Shown: piece after piece, positions 35,985 through 39,645 of the stretch
How the letters are laid out: every line of letters begins with the position of its first letter
How positions within the stretch are numbered: position 1 is the first letter of the stretch
NCBI GenBank assembly: GCA_964475515.1
Contig: CAYYWW010000001.1
Coordinates: forward strand, 12,611 to 52,255
From: an uncultured archaeon
GTDB lineage: Archaea > Aenigmatarchaeota > Aenigmatarchaeia > QMZP01
DNA length: 39,645 bases
Reading direction: 5' to 3'
Program-made: the position numbers and the translations under genes
The notes under the pieces: model-generated
The model's database searches: none
The model's input: the letters and a program-made list of their open reading frames with translations, nothing else
What the model was told of the DNA's origin: nothing

Positions 35985-36231
35985 GAAGAGTGTTTGGTGG
36001 TAAATTTTAAAAACTTATCATTCTGATTTTAATAAAGATTTAAAAGTGTTTGTATCCAATTAAATGGAATGAGCCAGTGCTTTACATTTAGGCACAAGCA
36101 TATTATGCGATAAATTTCTAGCATTGGCTCTTGCTCGCCCTTCTTCTTGTTTCATATTTGGTGACTGGGCTATAAACTATAAATTTTCTAAAAATTTTCG
36201 GGCGAGCTAAAGCTATAGAGGGGGTGAAAGA

Positions 36232-36363
36232 ATGAAATATGACGATGGGAGCCGTGATGTATATGAAGTCAGAGCAGAAAGAAAACCATACCCACTGTGC
36301 CCACCGGATAAAGGGAGTGGAACTGAAGGTGAGTATTTAAAGATGAGAGAGATAGAAGACTAG
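36232..36363 (+). CDS. candidate 43-codon small ORF with strong Shine-Dalgarno motif
   Basis: GAGGGGGTGA lies 5 nt upstream of the ATG. Product MKYDDGSRDVYEVRAERKPYPLCPPDKGSGTEGEYLKMREIED. The stop overlaps the convergent gatE stop by 4 nt. No homology is recognisable by eye. Confidence 0.3.
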   Translation: MKYDDGSRDVYEVRAERKPYPLCPPDKGSGTEGEYLKMREIED

Positions 36364-37814
36364 CTCTTCATCTCTTCTCTTAATATTTTTATGACAAGAG
36401 CACCGGAAGCTCTTCCCCTTATTTCTTTCATTATTAAACCCATGAATATTTTCTCCGCATTATATTGTTTCAAAATATCACTTTTCTCAGAAATAATTTT
36501 TTTCACTATTTTTCTAACTTCTTCCTCATCCATAACATCTTTGTCACTCGCTAATTCTTCTATTTTTTTAGATGGATTTTCGACCATTTGTTTCATTAAG
36601 TCCATTATACCTTCTTTTGGGAGTGGTTTTTTCCTGAGAAACTGAAACATTTCTACAAGTCTTTTCTCTGTAATTTTTTCTACTTCAACTCCCTCGGATT
36701 TTAATTGTTTCATAAGCGAAGTCAACACAATGGCAACTATTTTTGGATCAAATATTTTAGATAATCTCTCAAATGTATCAAGTTTATCTGATTTCCTCAA
36801 TTGTTTCACAATATCTTCTGACACGCCAAAACTTTTTACTCTTTTTTCTTTTTCAGAAATAAGTTCAGGTAAATTATCTTTTAGCTTCTTTATATATTCT
36901 CTATCAATGCGTATTGGCGGTAAATCTGTTTCTGGATAGAGCCTGCTGGAGCCCGGTAGAGGTCTTAAAAATGATGTACTACCAGAGGATAATGCTTTTC
37001 TCACTTCCTTTGGAACTTTTTTTCCTTTCTCGACCATTAATTTTTGTCTTATAATTTCTTTTTCTATTATTTGAGGTATCATACTAAGGCTTTGTACCCC
37101 TTTTATCTCTACCCTAGAACCACCTTTAATAGAGACGTTTAAGTCCTGTCTTATTGTTCCAAGACCCTTCTTAACCTTTCTCGTGGATTTCAAAATCATA
37201 CCTATTTTTTCTGCCACTTCTTTGGCTTGTTGTGGGTTTGATATAGATGAATCTGTACCTATTTCAACGAGTGGTATACCAAGTCTGTCTAAACCAAAAA
37301 CAGCTTTATTTCTCTCTTTTTTTATTATTTGTGCAGAATCTTCCTCTAGACATACATTTGTTATTCCTACTTTTCCAGAAGATGTTTCCAAAAAACCATT
37401 GAGACCCACTATAACAGTTCTCTGGAAACCCGATGTATTGCTTCCATCTATAACTGTTTTTCTCATAACATGTAACTCATCTGGGATATCACAATTAAGC
37501 ATAAGCGCTATTTGCAAAGCAATTTCTAATGCTTCTTGATTCACGGGGTGAGGAGGCTCAGAATCCATTTCTACCGTACATGTTTCCATTGGGTAAACAT
37601 TGTAATGGAATTCCTTGTTTTTCAGCGCCTCGAAAGCTGCCGCTGCGTCAATATCTCCTAGTTCACCGGCAACAGGTCTGAGTCGCCTCTTCAAAACCAT
37701 CTTTACATTCTCTTTGGAAAGTCTCGAGTAACAATTACAGAAAAGTTTCTTCTGTGTATCCAATTGCTGATGAATTTCTATTCCACATTTCAATCCAAGT
37801 TTTTTGTAATCCAT
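36360..37814 (-). CDS. gatE: Glu-tRNA(Gln) amidotransferase subunit E
   Basis: GLKCGIEIHQQL, FCNC, MRKTVIDGSNTSGFQRT, LGIPLVEI, and a C-terminal YqeY-like tail. Lies immediately downstream of gatD. Confidence 0.9.
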   Translation of the reverse strand: MDYKKLGLKCGIEIHQQLDTQKKLFCNCYSRLSKENVKMVLKRRLRPVAGELGDIDAAAAFEALKNKEFHYNVYPMETCTVEMDSEPPHPVNQEALEIALQIALMLNCDIPDELHVMRKTVIDGSNTSGFQRTVIVGLNGFLETSSGKVGITNVCLEEDSAQIIKKERNKAVFGLDRLGIPLVEIGTDSSISNPQQAKEVAEKIGMILKSTRKVKKGLGTIRQDLNVSIKGGSRVEIKGVQSLSMIPQIIEKEIIRQKLMVEKGKKVPKEVRKALSSGSTSFLRPLPGSSRLYPETDLPPIRIDREYIKKLKDNLPELISEKEKRVKSFGVSEDIVKQLRKSDKLDTFERLSKIFDPKIVAIVLTSLMKQLKSEGVEVEKITEKRLVEMFQFLRKKPLPKEGIMDLMKQMVENPSKKIEELASDKDVMDEEEVRKIVKKIISEKSDILKQYNAEKIFMGLIMKEIRGRASGALVIKILREEMKS

Positions 37815-37822
37815 TGTTTCAC

Positions 37823-39175
37823 CTAATACAAAAATGTTTCAGGTAATGTTCTCTCTGTTATTTCATGAGAATAATTGGTAAGCATCATTTCTTTGACTTT
37901 TTTCATATTCTTTGTGTGTCCAAGAACCCAACCTAATTTTACATATGCAACTTCTGACAACATATCTTCACCTGGTATAGCACCTGCTTCATGATATAAG
38001 ATTCTGAGGTTTGTATAAACATTCGGGTTTACCCTTCCGTAAATTGTTTGTGAAGTTACAACAAATGGAATTCCAGAATTTGCAGCGTTTTTAATTGTTT
38101 CAATCCAGGATTTTTTTGCAAATGTTGGTACATGACCTAAACCCAAACCCTCAACGACAAAACCCTTGTAACCCTTTTTTATAAGAAAGTCTATAATGCC
38201 TGGTTCACTACCTGGATATGCTTTCAAGAGAGCCACTTTTGGTTCAAATTTTACATCTGCCTTTACCTTTCCTTTGCCACGCTTTTTGAAACTTTCGTTC
38301 AAGATCTCCATTTTACCCTCAGGCCACACCTTTGCTAATGGAAGTTCATTTATAGGCCTGAAAGCATCTCTTCTAATTGTATTCATCTTTCTGCAATGAG
38401 TCCCACGGATTAATAAACAATAATCATCATTCATTGAACCATGCATGCATATCCCAACTTCCGCTATATTACTTATTGCAGCATAAGAAGAACATATAAT
38501 ATTCATTCCTGCATCACTGCTACCTCTGTCGCTTGATTTTTGGGCACCTGTTAGTACAACAGGTTTGGATAAATCCCTAAGCATAAAAGAAAGAGCAGCA
38601 GCTGTAAAGTGAAGAGTATCAGTTCCATGTGTTATTATCACACCGTTGATATCTGAGTTAAGGTGTTTAGCGGCTTCTTTTGCTATAGTCTGCCAGTCAG
38701 TATAATCCATATCTTCGCTTGCTTTGGTGAAAGGTCTAGATATCTTTTTAATATTTACTATATCCTTAAGTTCTGGAACATTGAAAAGAAATTCTCTAGG
38801 ATCCATGAGCATGTAAACACCGCCTGTCCTATAGTCTACCCTAGAGGCAATGGTTCCTCCTGTTGCAATCAGAGATATAGGTGGTTTTTTTCTGTCAAAC
38901 TTTAATTTCAGAAGTTCTTTTCTGACCTTTCCTATTTCCTTGGGAACACTTTTCTTTTCATCATTCTTTTTCATCTCCACATTACTATCAAATTCTATAC
39001 CAATGTTGTAACCAGAGTCCAACTTTATAATCAAACAGTTAGGATCCCCTAATTCGGGTCTGGGCATCAATATTCCTTCATACGATCTATTATTTTTATT
39101 TATACTTACCCTGTCGCCTATTTGTATTCCCTTCTTTTTGAGAAATACTTGGATTTTTTTAGAGTACATAGACAA
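37823..39175 (-). CDS. gatD: Glu-tRNA(Gln) amidotransferase subunit D
   Basis: N-terminal GatD-specific domain, then asparaginase-type motifs ATGGTIAS and ITHGTDTL. Confidence 0.9.
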   Translation of the reverse strand: MSMYSKKIQVFLKKKGIQIGDRVSINKNNRSYEGILMPRPELGDPNCLIIKLDSGYNIGIEFDSNVEMKKNDEKKSVPKEIGKVRKELLKLKFDRKKPPISLIATGGTIASRVDYRTGGVYMLMDPREFLFNVPELKDIVNIKKISRPFTKASEDMDYTDWQTIAKEAAKHLNSDINGVIITHGTDTLHFTAAALSFMLRDLSKPVVLTGAQKSSDRGSSDAGMNIICSSYAAISNIAEVGICMHGSMNDDYCLLIRGTHCRKMNTIRRDAFRPINELPLAKVWPEGKMEILNESFKKRGKGKVKADVKFEPKVALLKAYPGSEPGIIDFLIKKGYKGFVVEGLGLGHVPTFAKKSWIETIKNAANSGIPFVVTSQTIYGRVNPNVYTNLRILYHEAGAIPGEDMLSEVAYVKLGWVLGHTKNMKKVKEMMLTNYSHEITERTLPETFLY

Positions 39176-39228
39176 TTAATTATTATAAAGAAATGTTAAA
39201 ATGCTTACAAATAATATTGGAGGTTTTG

Positions 39229-39570
39229 ATGACACAGATAAGATCAACAAAGTTTGGTGAAATAACCATAGGTAAAAAAACATATTATTCTGATGTTGTT
39301 GTGTGGTGGAATGGAAAAGTTGATTTAAAAACAAAAAAACATATTCTAACAATTGATGATTTTATTGGGATATTCGAAAAAAACCCTGAAATTATAGTCA
39401 TAGGAACTGGTCAGGAAGGTGGTATAAAAATTGCCCCGGAAGTTGAGGAAGTTGCGTCAGATAAAAAAATAAAAATTTTCGTGGAAACCACACCAAAAGC
39501 AGCGGACATATTCAATGCTTTTGTGAAAACAGGTAAAAAAGTTGTCGCAATTATGCACACGACATGTTAA
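39229..39570 (+). CDS. Mth938-domain (DUF498) protein
   Basis: FGEITIGKKTYYSDVVVW...EIIVIGTGQEG...VETTPKAADIFN pattern. GGAGG lies 6 nt before the ATG at 39229; the ORF-track start at 39193 is less likely. Confidence 0.7.
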   Translation: MTQIRSTKFGEITIGKKTYYSDVVVWWNGKVDLKTKKHILTIDDFIGIFEKNPEIIVIGTGQEGGIKIAPEVEEVASDKKIKIFVETTPKAADIFNAFVKTGKKVVAIMHTTC

Positions 39571-39645
39571 CTTATGGTCTAATCTGTAGATGTTCTGAAA
39601 TATTTAATCTAAGAAAATATTTATTATGGCTAAAGTTTACGTATT

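Noticed and set aside
36060-36360. G+C island as SRP RNA or RNase P RNA
   Set aside because: I could not find the conserved SRP helix-8 GGAA/AGCA motifs or the RNase P CR-I/CR-V sequences, and large parts are too AT-rich. The region is kept only as an unassigned structured element.
1-39645. CRISPR arrays, rRNA genes, transposases or integrases next to the tRNA genes
   Set aside because: No regularly spaced repeats were seen, and no ORF has integrase, transposase or Cas-like motifs. The tRNA flanks are ordinary housekeeping genes, so there is no evidence for an integrated element.
39626-39645. ATG GCT AAA GTT TAC GTA... possible gene start at the right edge
   Set aside because: Only six codons are visible, which is too short to support a feature.

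Overview
AT-rich, very compact archaeal chromosomal segment. It uses the standard code, has GGAGG/GGTGA Shine-Dalgarno-like motifs, and many neighbouring genes overlap by 4-17 nt. I cannot assign a lineage from sequence alone; the style resembles small-genome (DPANN-like) archaea. Most content is housekeeping: Pus10, the L21e-RpoF-DUF655 cluster, thermosome, FtsY, deoxyhypusine synthase, GluRS, ThrRS, GatD/GatE, GGGP synthase, a polyprenol-kinase-family protein, AMP phosphorylase and an MC1-type chromatin protein. Four things stand out. (1) Three of the four tRNA genes fold only after removing 2-4 introns at D-loop, anticodon-stem, canonical and T-loop positions. One is a 319-nt gene best modelled as tRNA-Arg(UCU) with four introns; another is a tRNA-Ile with a genomically encoded UAU anticodon. 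(2) An overlap-chained cassette encodes a small zinc-ribbon protein, an AsnRS-type class II catalytic core lacking an anticodon-binding domain, and a radical-SAM enzyme with SPASM/twitch-like cysteines. (3) A non-archaellum type IV pilus-like locus has three class-III-signal-peptide proteins, a FlaI/PilB-type ATPase and a platform split into two half-size genes. (4) About 17 kb away, a 688-aa double T2SSF-like membrane protein is divergently paired with the prepilin peptidase. No CRISPR array, rRNA, transposase or integrase was seen. All product calls rest on motif recognition by eye, not on database searches.
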